Shown: positions 41,193 through 57,694, numbered from the stretch's first letter. The stretch is DNA of 64,000 nt from Eledone cirrhosa (GCA_964016885.1 OZ024742.1:140244001-140308000), one strand, 5' to 3'. The notes: generated by a model not told the origin, from the letters alone. A program made the numbers and translations.

Positions 41193-42452
41193 CACTTTGT
41201 CTGTAACTCCCCATGTTTCTCTCCTATCCCCTTCTCTCTCATGGTTACTCTTTACATCTAGTTTTTCTCAGCTTCTCTTTGATTCTCTTCTCTTCCTTCA
41301 CTCTGCTCTCTCTCTCCATTATTATCTTCCACTTTGATTCTTCTCCTCCCTCTCCCTGATTCTTCCCACTCCTCGTTTAATCACTACCTACCTTTCTTTT
41401 CCACTATTTATTTCTCTCCCTCCTCCCCTCTCTCGTGATTATTCTTTACATCTTGTTTTTATTTTACCCTTCTTCTTTCTTTGATTCACCCTTTCTATAA
41501 TTGTCTCCTCTCTCCACTCCTTGTTTAGTCTCTGTCTCTCTCGTTTCTTTCTACTACCTTCTTTCTGTGTCTGTCTGGCTGTCTGCCTGTCTCTCTGTAT
41601 CTGTCTTTCTCACTGAGTCTGTCTTTCCCTCTCACATCTCCTTTATATCAAGTTGATATGAGGGACAATATTGTTACAGAGGCATAAATATGTTCCAGTT
41701 ATTATAAAGGTTCTGTTATTTATGTAAGCTGTAAAACAAGCTATGATTGTGAAATCATTCAGCCTTTTGTTTAGGTTAGCTCTTAACGTGCTGTTTCACT
41801 TGAGACCGCATGAACAAGACATTCTTGAAAAGTACAACACAGCACTATGACTGCATTACATTAAAAATGAAAGTCTTTAATTTAAACTGCAAATGTTCAC
41901 AACAATCTGTCCACTAATAAACATACTAAAATTATTTGAATTAACAAACCTGTTTTTAACTATTTTCCACTAAATTATTACAAGATGTTAAGAGTTGACT
42001 CTTTCATTGTCATATTTCTAATGAAAAACACTGCTTGTGATTTTAAATAATCAAGAATTTAGAATAATTTAATAGTATAACTAACCTTTTCATTGTTAAG
42101 CCAGTGTTTGGAAAATCACTTAATATTCTTGCATAAAATTATGATGGAAAGTTTTTAGATAAATATCAAAACTAGAAATAAAGAGCTTAGTATCATAAAA
42201 CCATTGGACGGGAGGTCAGGTTGTTTGTTATCAAAAAGGTAAAGGATAAATATTTTTTTTAAATGCACACCAAGTGCAGAGCAGTCATAACAGATTTATG
42301 ACACAAAAGATAAAATCTGTATTGTGGAATTAAATTTACTGCAATATTTAAATATTTATTTGTAATAATGTTATTGTTATGTAATTTTGGTAAAACTCTG
42401 TTTATATTTAATATTACTTTTGAAAAAAAAATTGTAATCAATAAATAAAATC

Positions 42453-43580
42453 AGGCATGGCTGTGTGGTTGAGAAGTTCATTTTGTTACCACCTGGTTCA
42501 GTTTTACTGCATGCCACCTTGAACAAGTGACTTCTAAAATAGTTTTGGGTTGACTAATGCATTGTACGTGAAATTTGGTAGCTGGAAACTGGACAGAAGC
42601 CTGTCATATATGCTAGCTATAAATGGTTTCCCCTCAAAATGAAATGCAGACTGTATGATGAGTGCATATGAACAGAAATGTTGTATGGTAGTGAGACGTG
42701 GGTGCTGTGTGCAGAAGACTTGCGAAGATTGGAAAGAAATGAAGCTTGCATGCTCCATCATCATCATTTCTTTTACGTCCGCTTTTTCCCTGCTTCCATG
42801 TAACAGTAATATATGTAAACGGCAAACCATAACTGTACTGAGAAAGAAACTAGGCTTAAGAAGAATCAGATGCAGTGTGCAGGAGAGGAGATTACATTGA
42901 TGTAGACATATGATGCGTATGAATGATGACAGCTGTATAAAAAGGTGCAGAGCGCTGAAAGTTGATGGAAGCCTTGGAGTGGGAAAATCCAGGAAGACTT
43001 GGGATGAGGTGATAAAAGCTGACCTTGCCCAACTGCACCTCTCAAAGCCAATGACACAGGCCTGAGATCTCTGGAATTATGCTAGAATACAGAAGACCTG
43101 CCTTCACATGAGCACAGGCTGAAGCATAAATATAGTATACACCACCTTCACCTCTACCCCACCCCACTCATCCATGCACCTCCAATGAGCACAGGCTAAA
43201 GCATACACATAGTGTGCTCCACCCCCCTTACATTATCTCCCACATCCTAACACTCAACCCCTCACACATGCCCAAATACCCACCTCCCCAATCCACCACA
43301 CACCTCTCCTACCAAAATATCCAGCTCACACTGTAAAGTGGTCATGATGGCGACATGACAGTGTTCAGCCCACATTGTAAAGTGGTCATAATGGCAACAT
43401 GACAAAAAACACCCGGCCCATACTGTGGAGTGGTCATGTAGGTCTCACAAAAAAATTACCCAGTACACACTGCAATTGTGATTGGCATTAGGAAGGGCAT
43501 CCAGCTGTAGAAAGCAAGCTCAAATCAGTTCAGTATGAGGAAGATAGGGTTACCTGACCTGGCATTTCTCACATCAGGGT
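42453..43580 (+). mobile_element. SINE head followed by RTE 3' fragment and tail
   Basis: tRNA-like head ggcatggctgtgtggttgagaag at 42454. RTE motifs LRKKLGLRRIRCSVQERRLH follow, then a ggcattaggaagggcatccagctgtagaaa tail. A short inverted tail fragment is inserted at ~42755-42800. Confidence 0.7.
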
Positions 43581-43650
43581 GATGTTATCTATCTATCTCT
43601 CTCTCTCTATATATATATATAGAGAGAGATAGATAACTATAATATATATG

Positions 43651-43757
<107 letters not shown>

Positions 43758-43776
43758 GTATATATATATGTATTTG

Positions 43777-43815
<39 letters not shown>

Positions 43816-43950
43816 GTATATATATATGTATTTGTATATATATATGTATATATATATATGTATATATATATATGTATATATGTATATATATATATATGTG
43901 TATACATATATATATGTATATATATATATATGTGTATACATATATATATG

Positions 43951-44121
<171 letters not shown>

Positions 44122-44134
44122 GTATATATATATG

Positions 44135-44169
<35 letters not shown>

Positions 44170-44240
44170 GTATATATATGTATATATATGTATATATATG
44201 TATATATATATGTATATATATATATATGTATATATATATG

Positions 44241-44275
<35 letters not shown>

Positions 44276-44276
44276 G

Positions 44277-44311
<35 letters not shown>

Positions 44312-44312
44312 G

Positions 44313-44343
<31 letters not shown>

Positions 44344-44492
44344 GTATATATATGTATATATATGTATATATATGTATATATATGTATATATATATATGTA
44401 TATATATATATGTATATATATATATATGTATATATATATATGTATATATATATATGTATATATATGTATATGTATATATATGTATATATATG

Positions 44493-44679
<187 letters not shown>

Positions 44680-44768
44680 GTGTATATATATATATATATG
44701 TATATATATATGTATATATGTATATATATATATGTATATATATATATGTGTATATATATATATGCATG

Positions 44769-44817
<49 letters not shown>

Positions 44818-45102
44818 GTATATATGTATATATATATATGTATATATATATATGTGTATATATATATATGCATGTATATATATATATATGTGTATATATA
44901 TATATGTATATGTATATATATGTATATATATATATGCATGTATATATATATATATGTGTATATATATATATGCATGTATATATATATATATGTGTATATA
45001 TATATATGTATATGTATATATATGTATATATATGTATATGTATATATATGTATATATATGTATATGTATATATATGTATATATATGTATATGTATATATA
45101 TG

Positions 45103-45133
<31 letters not shown>

Positions 45134-45504
45134 GTATATATATATATGTATATATATATGTATATATATATATATGTATATATATATGTATATATATATA
45201 TATGTATATATATATATGTATATATATATGTATATATATATATATGTATATATATATGTATATATATATATATGTATGTATATATATATATATGTATGTA
45301 TATATATATATATGTATATATATATGTATATATATATATATGTATATATATATGTATGTATATATATATGTATATATATATATATGTATATATATATGTA
45401 TATATATATATGTATATATATATATATGTATATATATATGTATATATATATATATGTATATATATGTATATATATGTATATGTATATATATGTATATATA
45501 TATG

Positions 45505-45551
<47 letters not shown>

Positions 45552-45620
45552 GTATATATATATGTATATATATATATATGTATATATATATGTATATATA
45601 TATATATGTATATATATATG

Positions 45621-45651
<31 letters not shown>

Positions 45652-45728
45652 GTATATATATATGTATATATATATATATGTATATATATGTATATATATG
45701 TATATGTATATATATGTATATATATATG

Positions 45729-45775
<47 letters not shown>

Positions 45776-45900
45776 GTATATATATATGTATATATATATA
45801 TATGTATATATATATGTATATATATATATATGTATATATATATGTATATATATATATATGTATATATATATGTATATATATATATATGTATATATATATG

Positions 45901-45931
<31 letters not shown>

Positions 45932-46020
45932 GTATATATATGTATATATATATGTATATATATATATATATGTATATATATATGTATATATATATGTATA
46001 TATATATGTATATATATATG

Positions 46021-46067
<47 letters not shown>

Positions 46068-46178
46068 GCATGTATATATATATATATATATATGCATGTA
46101 TATATATATATATATATATGCATGTATATATATATATATATATGTGTATATATATATATGTATATGTATATATATATG

Positions 46179-46227
<49 letters not shown>

Positions 46228-46462
46228 GTATATGTATATATATGTATATATATATATATGTATATGTATATATATGTATATGTATATATATGTATATATA
46301 TGTATATGTATATATATGTATATATATATATCTGTATATATATATATGTATATATATATATGTATATGTATATATATGTATATATATATATATGTATATA
46401 TATGTATATATATATATATGTATATGTATATATATGTATATATATATATATGTATATATATG

Positions 46463-46493
<31 letters not shown>

Positions 46494-46516
46494 GTATATA
46501 TATGTATATATATATG

Positions 46517-46549
<33 letters not shown>

Positions 46550-46604
46550 GTATATGTATATATATGTATATATATATATATGTATATATATGTATATATA
46601 TATG

Positions 46605-46635
<31 letters not shown>

Positions 46636-46688
46636 GTATATATATATGTATATATATATATGTATATATATATATATGTATATATATG

Positions 46689-46719
<31 letters not shown>

Positions 46720-46798
46720 GTATATATATATGTATATATATATATGTATATATATATATATGTATATATATGTATATATATATATATGTATATATATG

Positions 46799-46832
<34 letters not shown>

Positions 46833-46844
46833 TGTATATATATG

Positions 46845-46882
<38 letters not shown>

Positions 46883-46984
46883 TGTATATATATGTATATA
46901 TATATATATATATGTATATATATGTATATATATGTATATATATGTATATATATATATATATATGTATATATATGTATATATATG

Positions 46985-47015
<31 letters not shown>

Positions 47016-47186
47016 GTATGTATATATATATGGTTATACTTTGGGAGGGTCATGTTGCCAATAAGAAACACACGCACCAGTTGCTTTCACTTCAATTTAA
47101 TTTAATATATATTTATAAATTTACAAATTTATAAATTTCTGGTTGGTTGGTTGGTTCCACAACCAGATAGTTGTTTATATATATAT

Positions 47187-47231
47187 AGTCATAGTTCTTT
47201 CGTCACACACTCTGTGACCTCTTCAGTGACT
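47187..47231 (-). ncRNA. Minimal type I hammerhead in pLTR (left arm)
   Basis: aguca-CUGAAGA-g-gucac-agagugu-gugac-GAAA-GAA-CUA-ugacu. Confidence 0.75.
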
Positions 47232-47354
47232 GGGGATTTCTTTCTTCGTTTCTGTGCCTTTCCTTTCTTCTATCCTACGCCATTTTGTTTGTGTGTGGGT
47301 TGCGTGCTCAGTTTGCGCATGCGCCACATCCGGGTGTCTGTGTGTGTTTGTGTT

Positions 47355-47870
47355 ATATTTAATTTTGGTTTTAATTCTTTTATGCTTACTGCCTCTGTAA
47401 TTTGCCTAAACATTGCGTCTTTCTTGTGTGTGGATTCTATTTTTATTTCTATGCTCTCTAATTTACCCCTGTGTTCTATCTTAGCATGTTGGTAGAGCAC
47501 AGATGATTCTTTACTATCTTGGAGGTCTCGCCAGTGTTCATTTATTCGTTTCCCTATACTACGAGCTGTCTCACCTATGTACACTATATTTTTGTTTCTA
47601 CATTGTCCCTCAGTACATCTTATGCTATATACTACATTTCTAGTTTTACAGTTAATATGGGGGCTTATTTTACAGGTTATACATTTCTTATCTATACATG
47701 AGGGTCTTTGGAACGGGTATGTCTTGCTAATAAGTGTTTTTACGGAGGTACCAGGTCTTTCTACTATCTTAATATTGAGATTATGTTTCTTTAGGGCCCT
47801 TCTAAATTTGTAGGCTAGTTCACCTCTAGGGGTTGTATTGATGAACATTACACTCTGGTATTTATTGCTA
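47355..47870 (-). pseudogene. PLE GIY-YIG endonuclease domain (Neptune-like Cx4CxxC linker)
   Basis: IVERPGTSVK...PF...CIDKKCITC...CKTRNVVYSIRC...YIGETARSIGKRINEH...SVLYQH...RQITEAVSIKELKPKLN. The natural end LNRKYEW...* survives in the right arm (47873-48035). Confidence 0.9.
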
Positions 47871-48331
47871 TCAGAACACAGGGGTAAATTAGAGAGCATA
47901 GAAATAAAAATAGAATCCACACACAAGAAAGACGCAATGTTTAGGCAAATTACAGAGGCAGTAAGCATAAAAGAATTAAAACCAAAATTAAATAGAAAAT
48001 ATGAGTGGAACAGCAACATCACAACTTACAATTAAGGACAAAATGAAAACACACACACACATATATAAACAACTTACAATTGAAAACACACACAAAATGA
48101 AAACACACACAAGACAAAATGAAAACACACACACACATAGAACAAACAACCAACCAACAATAAATAAATAAATAAACAAACAAATATAAATAGAAAAATA
48201 GAAAAATGAACACAAACACACACAGACACCCGGATGTGGCGCATGCGCAAACTGAGCACGCAACCCACACACAAACAAAATGGCGTAGGATAGAAGAAAG
48301 GAAAGGCACAGAAACGAAGAAAGAAATCCCC

Positions 48332-48376
48332 AGTCACTGAAGAGGTCACAGAGTGTGTGACGAAAGAACTATGACT
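48332..48376 (+). ncRNA. Minimal type I hammerhead in pLTR (right arm)
   Basis: agtcaCTGAAGAggtcacagagtgtgtgacGAAAgaaCTAtgact: 5-bp stem I, 5-bp stem II, triplet CUA. Confidence 0.75.
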
Positions 48377-48665
48377 ATATATATATAAACAACTATCTGG
48401 TTGTGGAACCAACCAACCAACCAGAAATTTATAAATTACCAACCAACCAGAAATTTATAAATTTGTAAATTTATAAATATATATTAAATTAAATTGAAGT
48501 GAAAGCAACTGGTGCGTGTGTTTCTTATTGGCAACATGACCCTCCCAAAGTATAACAATATCGGTTTCAACACACGATTTCAGATAAAGAATCTTGCTAA
48601 ACAAATTCAGAAACGAAATATATATATATGTATATATATATATATATGTATGTATATATATATAT

Positions 48666-48715
<50 letters not shown>

Positions 48716-49089
48716 GTATATATATGTATATGTATATATATGTATATATATGTATATGTATATATATGTATATGTATATATATGTATATATATGTATATA
48801 TATATATGTATATATATGTATATGTATATATATGTATATATATGTATATGTATATATATGTATATGTATATATATGTATATATATGTATAATGTATATAT
48901 ATGTATATATATGTATATGTATATATATGTATATATATATATATATGTATATATATGTATATATATATATATATGTATATATATGTATATATATATATAT
49001 GTATATATATGTATATATATGTATATATATATATATGTATATATATGTATATATATATATGTATATATATATATATGTATATATATATG

Positions 49090-49138
<49 letters not shown>

Positions 49139-49157
49139 GTATATGTATATATATATG

Positions 49158-49376
<219 letters not shown>

Positions 49377-49403
49377 GTATATATATGTATATGGACTATT
49401 GGA

Positions 49404-49791
49404 CACATATAACGATATGTGCTTTTACAATTCTCCAGAGAAGCCGGAAGATGGGTAAATATTGCTGATGAGATGTAACAACATCGAAACTAGTCCAATA
49501 TTCCTGTCTGGCCCTCTGGAGAATAGAGGAAATGTGTTTCCTTGAAAACCCGTATGACTCTAAAACCCGGTCCGTCTGTGTGGTTACATACAGACTAGCT
49601 GACACTCACTGTAAAGTGTCTAGTGAAAAACTGAGTACATGTACATATGTATACATGTGTGTATTTATATGCATACTAATACTTCCGTATACATATGTAG
49701 ATGTACACTTTAACTTAATTGTTTAAGCGTCAGTCATACAAAAGTGAGTTAGAAGCGAAACGAAATTAAATTTCGTTTCGTTATTTGTTTT

Positions 49792-49792
<1 letters not shown>
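49404..49792 (+). mobile_element. Hammerhead-containing repeat family B, 5'-truncated copy
   Basis: Near-identical to 53173-53560, with the same 3' junction to TA satellite. Confidence 0.85.
49458..49502 (+). ncRNA. Canonical minimal type I hammerhead ribozyme (family B)
   Basis: aatattg-CTGATGA-gatgt-aaca-acatc-GAAA-CTA-GTC-caatatt: 7-bp stem I, 5-bp stem II, palindromic stem III (ACUAGU), GUC triplet. Confidence 0.92.
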
Positions 49793-49860
<68 letters not shown>

Positions 49861-49901
49861 AGTATATATATATATATATATATATATGTGTATATGTATA
49901 T

Positions 49902-49933
<32 letters not shown>

Positions 49934-49957
49934 GTGTATATATATATATATATGTAT

Positions 49958-50014
<57 letters not shown>

Positions 50015-50046
50015 GTATATATATGTATATATATATATATATGTAT

Positions 50047-50100
<54 letters not shown>

Positions 50101-50145
50101 ATGTATATGTATATATATATATATATGTATGTATATGTATATATG

Positions 50146-50194
<49 letters not shown>

Positions 50195-50314
50195 ATGTAT
50201 ATGTATATTATATATATATATATATATGTATGTATATGTATATATATATATATGTATGTATAATGTATATGTATATATGTATATATATATTGTATATGTA
50301 TGTATATGTATATG

Positions 50315-50346
<32 letters not shown>

Positions 50347-50358
50347 TGTATGTATATG

Positions 50359-50413
<55 letters not shown>

Positions 50414-50440
50414 GTATATATATGTATATGTATATGTATG

Positions 50441-50535
<95 letters not shown>

Positions 50536-50567
50536 GTATATATATATATGTATATATATATATGTAT

Positions 50568-50616
<49 letters not shown>

Positions 50617-50658
50617 GTATATTATATATATATGTATATATATATATGTATATATATG

Positions 50659-50733
<75 letters not shown>

Positions 50734-50762
50734 GTATATATATATATGTATATATATATATG

Positions 50763-50831
<69 letters not shown>

Positions 50832-50866
50832 TATATATATATATATGTATATATATATATGTATAT

Positions 50867-50912
<46 letters not shown>

Positions 50913-50913
50913 G

Positions 50914-50998
<85 letters not shown>

Positions 50999-51003
50999 GT
51001 ATA

Positions 51004-51037
<34 letters not shown>

Positions 51038-51102
51038 GTATATATATATGTATATATATATATCTATATATGTATATATATATATATGTATATATATATA
51101 TG

Positions 51103-51133
<31 letters not shown>

Positions 51134-51166
51134 CGTATATATCGTATATATATATATGTATATATG

Positions 51167-51216
<50 letters not shown>

Positions 51217-51274
51217 TGTATAAATATATATGTATATATATATATGTATATATATATATGTATATATATATATG

Positions 51275-51321
<47 letters not shown>

Positions 51322-51322
51322 G

Positions 51323-51369
<47 letters not shown>

Positions 51370-51382
51370 GTATATATATATG

Positions 51383-51479
<97 letters not shown>

Positions 51480-51480
51480 G

Positions 51481-51527
<47 letters not shown>

Positions 51528-51577
51528 GTATATATATATATGTATATTATATATATATATGTATATATATATATATG

Positions 51578-51660
<83 letters not shown>

Positions 51661-51661
51661 G

Positions 51662-51740
<79 letters not shown>

Positions 51741-51783
51741 GTATATATATATATGTATATATATATATGTATATATATATATG

Positions 51784-51814
<31 letters not shown>

Positions 51815-52205
51815 GTATATATATATATGTATATATATATATGTATATATATATATATGTATATATATATATGTATATATATATATGTATTATATATATA
51901 TGTATATATATATATATGTATATATATATATGTATATATATATATGTATATATATATATGTATATATATATATGTATATATATGTATATATATATATGTA
52001 TATATATATATATGTATATATATATGTATATATATATATATGTATATATATATGTATATATATATATGTATATATATATGTATATATATATATGTATATA
52101 TATATATGTATATATATATATGTATATATATATATGTATATATATATGTATATATATATGTATATATGTATATATATATTATTATATATATTATATATAT
52201 ATATG

Positions 52206-52306
<101 letters not shown>

Positions 52307-52307
52307 G

Positions 52308-52338
<31 letters not shown>

Positions 52339-52375
52339 GTATATATATATATGTATGTATATATATATATATGTG

Positions 52376-52480
<105 letters not shown>

Positions 52481-52819
52481 ATATATATGTATGTATATAT
52501 ATATATATGTATATATGTATATATGTATGTATATATATATATGTATGTATATATATATGTATGTATTATATATATGTATGTATATAATATATATATATAT
52601 GTATGTATATATATATGTATGTATATATATCAAAGGGCAAAGGAGCTCTTAAGAGTCAATGGCCATCCAAAATCACCGGGAGAGATGACCCCTTAGCCTT
52701 TGTCAAGGCAGAATTCTGAGAAGGAAAACTCTGATATAACACCTGCAACCCTGATGGTATCCAATGATGTTGACTTGTTCTTCTTTTTGGTAAATATCAT
52801 CTTGGTTAAGAGAGTGGGA

Positions 52820-53019
52820 NNNNNNNNNNNNNNNNNNNNNNNNNNNNNNNNNNNNNNNNNNNNNNNNNNNNNNNNNNNNNNNNNNNNNNNNNNNNNNNNN
52901 NNNNNNNNNNNNNNNNNNNNNNNNNNNNNNNNNNNNNNNNNNNNNNNNNNNNNNNNNNNNNNNNNNNNNNNNNNNNNNNNNNNNNNNNNNNNNNNNNNNN
53001 NNNNNNNNNNNNNNNNNNN
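52820..53019. other. Assembly gap (200 N)
   Basis: Run of N. Confidence 1.
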
Positions 53020-53559
53020 TTTAAGCGTCAGTCATACAAAAGTGAGTTAGAAGCGAAACGAAATTTAATTTCGTTTCGTTATTTGTTTTTATCGTTTCCG
53101 CTGAACCGGTGCGTACAATGACTCACGTTCTATGCAAATTAGTCTACCCACTACTAATTTTCATAGAAAAAGCATATAACGATATGTGCTTTTACAATTC
53201 TCCAGAGAAGCCGGAAGATGGGTAAATATTGCTGATGAGATGTAACAACATCGAAACTAGTCCAATATTCCTGTCTGGCCCTCTGGAGAATAGAGGAAAT
53301 GTGTTTCCTTGAAAACTCGTATGACTCTAAAACCCGGTCCGTCTGTGTGGTTACATACAGACTAGCTGACACTCACTGTAAAGTGTCTAGTGAAAAACTG
53401 AGTACATGTACATATGTATACATGTGTGTATTTATAATGCATACTAATACTTCCGTATACATATGTAGATGTACACTTTAACTTAATTGTTTAAGCGTCA
53501 GTCATACAAAAGTGAGTTAGAAGCGAAACGAAATTTAATTTCGTTTCGTTATTTGTTTC

Positions 53560-53560
<1 letters not shown>
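53020..53560 (+). mobile_element. Hammerhead-containing tandem repeat family B (470-bp period)
   Basis: ttaagcgtcagtcatacaaaagtgagttagaagcgaaacg... occurs at 53021 and again at 53491. The left side runs into the gap. Confidence 0.85.
53225..53269 (+). ncRNA. Canonical minimal type I hammerhead ribozyme (family B)
   Basis: Identical to 49458-49502. Confidence 0.92.
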
Positions 53561-53609
<49 letters not shown>

Positions 53610-53613
53610 TGTG

Positions 53614-53670
<57 letters not shown>

Positions 53671-53673
53671 GTG

Positions 53674-53726
<53 letters not shown>

Positions 53727-53776
53727 GTATATATATATATATGTATATATATATGTATATATATATATATATGTAT

Positions 53777-53824
<48 letters not shown>

Positions 53825-53973
53825 ATGTATATATATATATATATATATGTATGTATATGTATATGTATATATGTATATATATATGTATATGTATGTATAT
53901 GTATATATATATATATGTATATGTATGTATATGTATATGTATATATATATGTATATGTATGTATATGTATGTG

Positions 53974-54005
<32 letters not shown>

Positions 54006-54038
54006 TGTATGTATATGTATATATATAATATATATATG

Positions 54039-54078
<40 letters not shown>

Positions 54079-54126
54079 TGTATATATATGTATATGTATG
54101 TATATGTATATGTATATATATATATG

Positions 54127-54212
<86 letters not shown>

Positions 54213-54229
54213 AATATAATATATATATG

Positions 54230-54286
<57 letters not shown>

Positions 54287-54325
54287 GTATATATATGTAT
54301 ATATATATATATATATATGTATATA

Positions 54326-55090
54326 GAATGAAAGGCAGACTGTATGATGCGTGTATCCGAACAGCGATTTTGCATGGTAGTGAGACCTGGGCGCTGAAGG
54401 TGGAAGACTTACGTAGATTAGAGAGAAACGAAGCCTGCATGCTCCGATGGATGTGTAACAGTAATATACGTGAACGACAAGCATAAATGAATTGAGAGAG
54501 AGACTGAGCATAAGAGGAATCAAATGCTGCGTGCAGGAGAGGCGGTTACGCTGGTATGGACATGTGATGCGTATGAAGGATGACAGCTGCATAAAAAGGT
54601 GCAGAGCACTAGAAGTTGATGGAAACCGCGGATTGGGGAGACCCAAGATGACTTGGGATGAGGTGATAAAAGCCGACCTTACCCAACTACACCTCTCAAA
54701 GTCAATGACACACGACCGTGACTTCTGGCGTCACGCAGTAATACAGGGTACCCGACCTCCCATGGGTACATGCTGAAGCATATAAACAATATGCCCCCCC
54801 CCCCCCCCCCCACCGCAAGGTGCTCGTGGAGGTGCCACGGCAAAAAAGCACCCAGCCCACACTGTAAAGTGGACGTGTAGGCGCACGAAAAAGCACCCAG
54901 CACTCACTGTAAATGAGGTTGGTGTTAGGAAGGGCATCCAGCTGTAGAAATCAAGCCAGATCAGTTCCTGTATGAGCAATGCATGGTCAGCCGACCAGAC
55001 ACTGCCCACAACAGGACAACCCGTCTAACCCATGCTAGCGTGGAAGAACGGACGTAAAACGGTGATGATGATGATGATGATGATGATGAT
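54326..55090 (+). mobile_element. Young 5'-truncated RTE-clade LINE (ORF 3' end, 3' UTR, (gat)n)
   Basis: [23 protein letters not shown]...[18 protein letters not shown]-type motifs ([18 protein letters not shown]...[11 protein letters not shown]...DRDFWR), stop at 54776, then the tail shared with SINEs. Confidence 0.9.
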
Positions 55091-55095
55091 ATATG

Positions 55096-55128
<33 letters not shown>

Positions 55129-55144
55129 GTATATATATATTATA

Positions 55145-55200
<56 letters not shown>

Positions 55201-55209
55201 GTATATGTA

Positions 55210-55356
<147 letters not shown>

Positions 55357-55365
55357 TTATATATG

Positions 55366-55416
<51 letters not shown>

Positions 55417-55441
55417 GTATATATATTTATGTATATATATT

Positions 55442-55502
<61 letters not shown>

Positions 55503-55705
55503 GTATATATATATATGTATATATATATATGTATATATATATATGTATATATATATATGTATATATATATATGTATATGTATATATATATATGTATATAT
55601 ATATATGTATATGTATATATATATATATGTATATTTATATATATGTATATGTATATATATATATGTATATTTATATATATGTATATATATATATGTATAT
55701 TTATA

Positions 55706-55744
<39 letters not shown>

Positions 55745-55777
55745 TTATATATACGTATATATATATATGTATATATA

Positions 55778-55822
<45 letters not shown>

Positions 55823-56146
55823 GTTGTTATACTTTGGGAGGGTCATGTTGCCAATAGGAAACACACGCACCAGTTGCTTTCACTTCAATTTATTATATAT
55901 TTATAAATTTATAAATTTATAAATTTACAAATCTACAAATCTATAAGTTTCTGGTTGGTTGGTTGGTACCACAACCAGATAGTTGTTTATATAGTCATAG
56001 TCCTTTCGTCACACACTCTGTGACCTCTTCAGTGACTGGGGATTCCTTTCTTTGTTTCTGTGCCTTTCCTTTCTTCTGTACTACGCCATTTTGTTTCTGT
56101 GTGTGTGTTGTGTGCTCAGTTTGCGCATGCGCCACATCTGGGTGTC
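55823..56146 (-). mobile_element. Solo pLTR of the 47-48 kb PLE family
   Basis: Closely matches 47033-47340 and is flanked by TA satellite. Confidence 0.9.
55993..56037 (-). ncRNA. Minimal type I hammerhead in solo pLTR
   Basis: aguca-CUGAAGA-g-gucac...gugac-GAAA-GGA-CUA-ugacu; it differs from the other two copies only in loop III. Confidence 0.75.
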
Positions 56147-56608
56147 ATATATATGTATATATGTATATATGTATATATATATATGTATATATGTATATAT
56201 ATATATGTATATATATTATATGTATATATATATATGTATATATATGTATATATATATATGTATATGTATATATATATATGTATATGTATATATATATATG
56301 TATATATATATGTATATATATATGTATATATATATGTATATATGTATATATATATGTATATATATATGTATATATGTATATATATATGTATATATGTATA
56401 TATATATGTATATATGTATATATATATGTATATATGTATATATATATGTATGTATATATGTATATATATATGTATATATATATGTATATATATAAGTATA
56501 TATATGTATATGTATATATATGTATATATATATGTATATATATAAGTATATATATGTATATGTATATATATGTATATATATATATATGAATATATATGTA
56601 TATATATG

Positions 56609-56667
<59 letters not shown>

Positions 56668-56732
56668 GCATATATATATATATGTATATATATATGTATA
56701 TATATATGTATATATATATGTATATATATATG

Positions 56733-56769
<37 letters not shown>

Positions 56770-56780
56770 GTATATATATG

Positions 56781-56811
<31 letters not shown>

Positions 56812-56896
56812 GTATATATATATATGTATATATATATGTATATATATATATGTATATATATATATGTATATATATATATATGTATATATATATATG

Positions 56897-56957
<61 letters not shown>

Positions 56958-56958
56958 G

Positions 56959-57011
<53 letters not shown>

Positions 57012-57038
57012 GTATATGTATATATATGTATATATATG

Positions 57039-57069
<31 letters not shown>

Positions 57070-57126
57070 GTATATATATATATGTATATATATATATGTA
57101 TATATATATATGTATATATATATATG

Positions 57127-57175
<49 letters not shown>

Positions 57176-57232
57176 GTATATGTATATATATATATGTATA
57201 TATATATATATGTATATGTATATATATATATG

Positions 57233-57399
<167 letters not shown>

Positions 57400-57402
57400 G
57401 TG

Positions 57403-57435
<33 letters not shown>

Positions 57436-57444
57436 GTATATATG

Positions 57445-57495
<51 letters not shown>

Positions 57496-57535
57496 GTGTA
57501 TATATATATACATATGTATATATATATATGTATAT

Positions 57536-57609
<74 letters not shown>

Positions 57610-57694
57610 GTATATATGTATATATATATATATGTATATATATATATGTATATATATATATGTATATATATATATGTATATATATATATGTATG

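Larger units (their letters stand above)
47033..48618. mobile_element. Penelope-like element 3' end with inverted pseudo-LTR arrangement
   Basis: Left arm 47033-47870 (minus) holds the GIY-YIG domain and pLTR. Right arm 47873-48618 (plus) repeats the endonuclease C-terminus and pLTR and adds a ~60-bp tail. Both ends are in TA satellite. Confidence 0.9.

Noticed and set aside
49756-49792. Bacterial intrinsic terminator
   Set aside because: The context is eukaryotic repeat DNA; reported instead as a possible element 3'-end signal.
52631-52819. Unique sequence beside the gap
   Set aside because: Too short and truncated to assign; no motif recognised.
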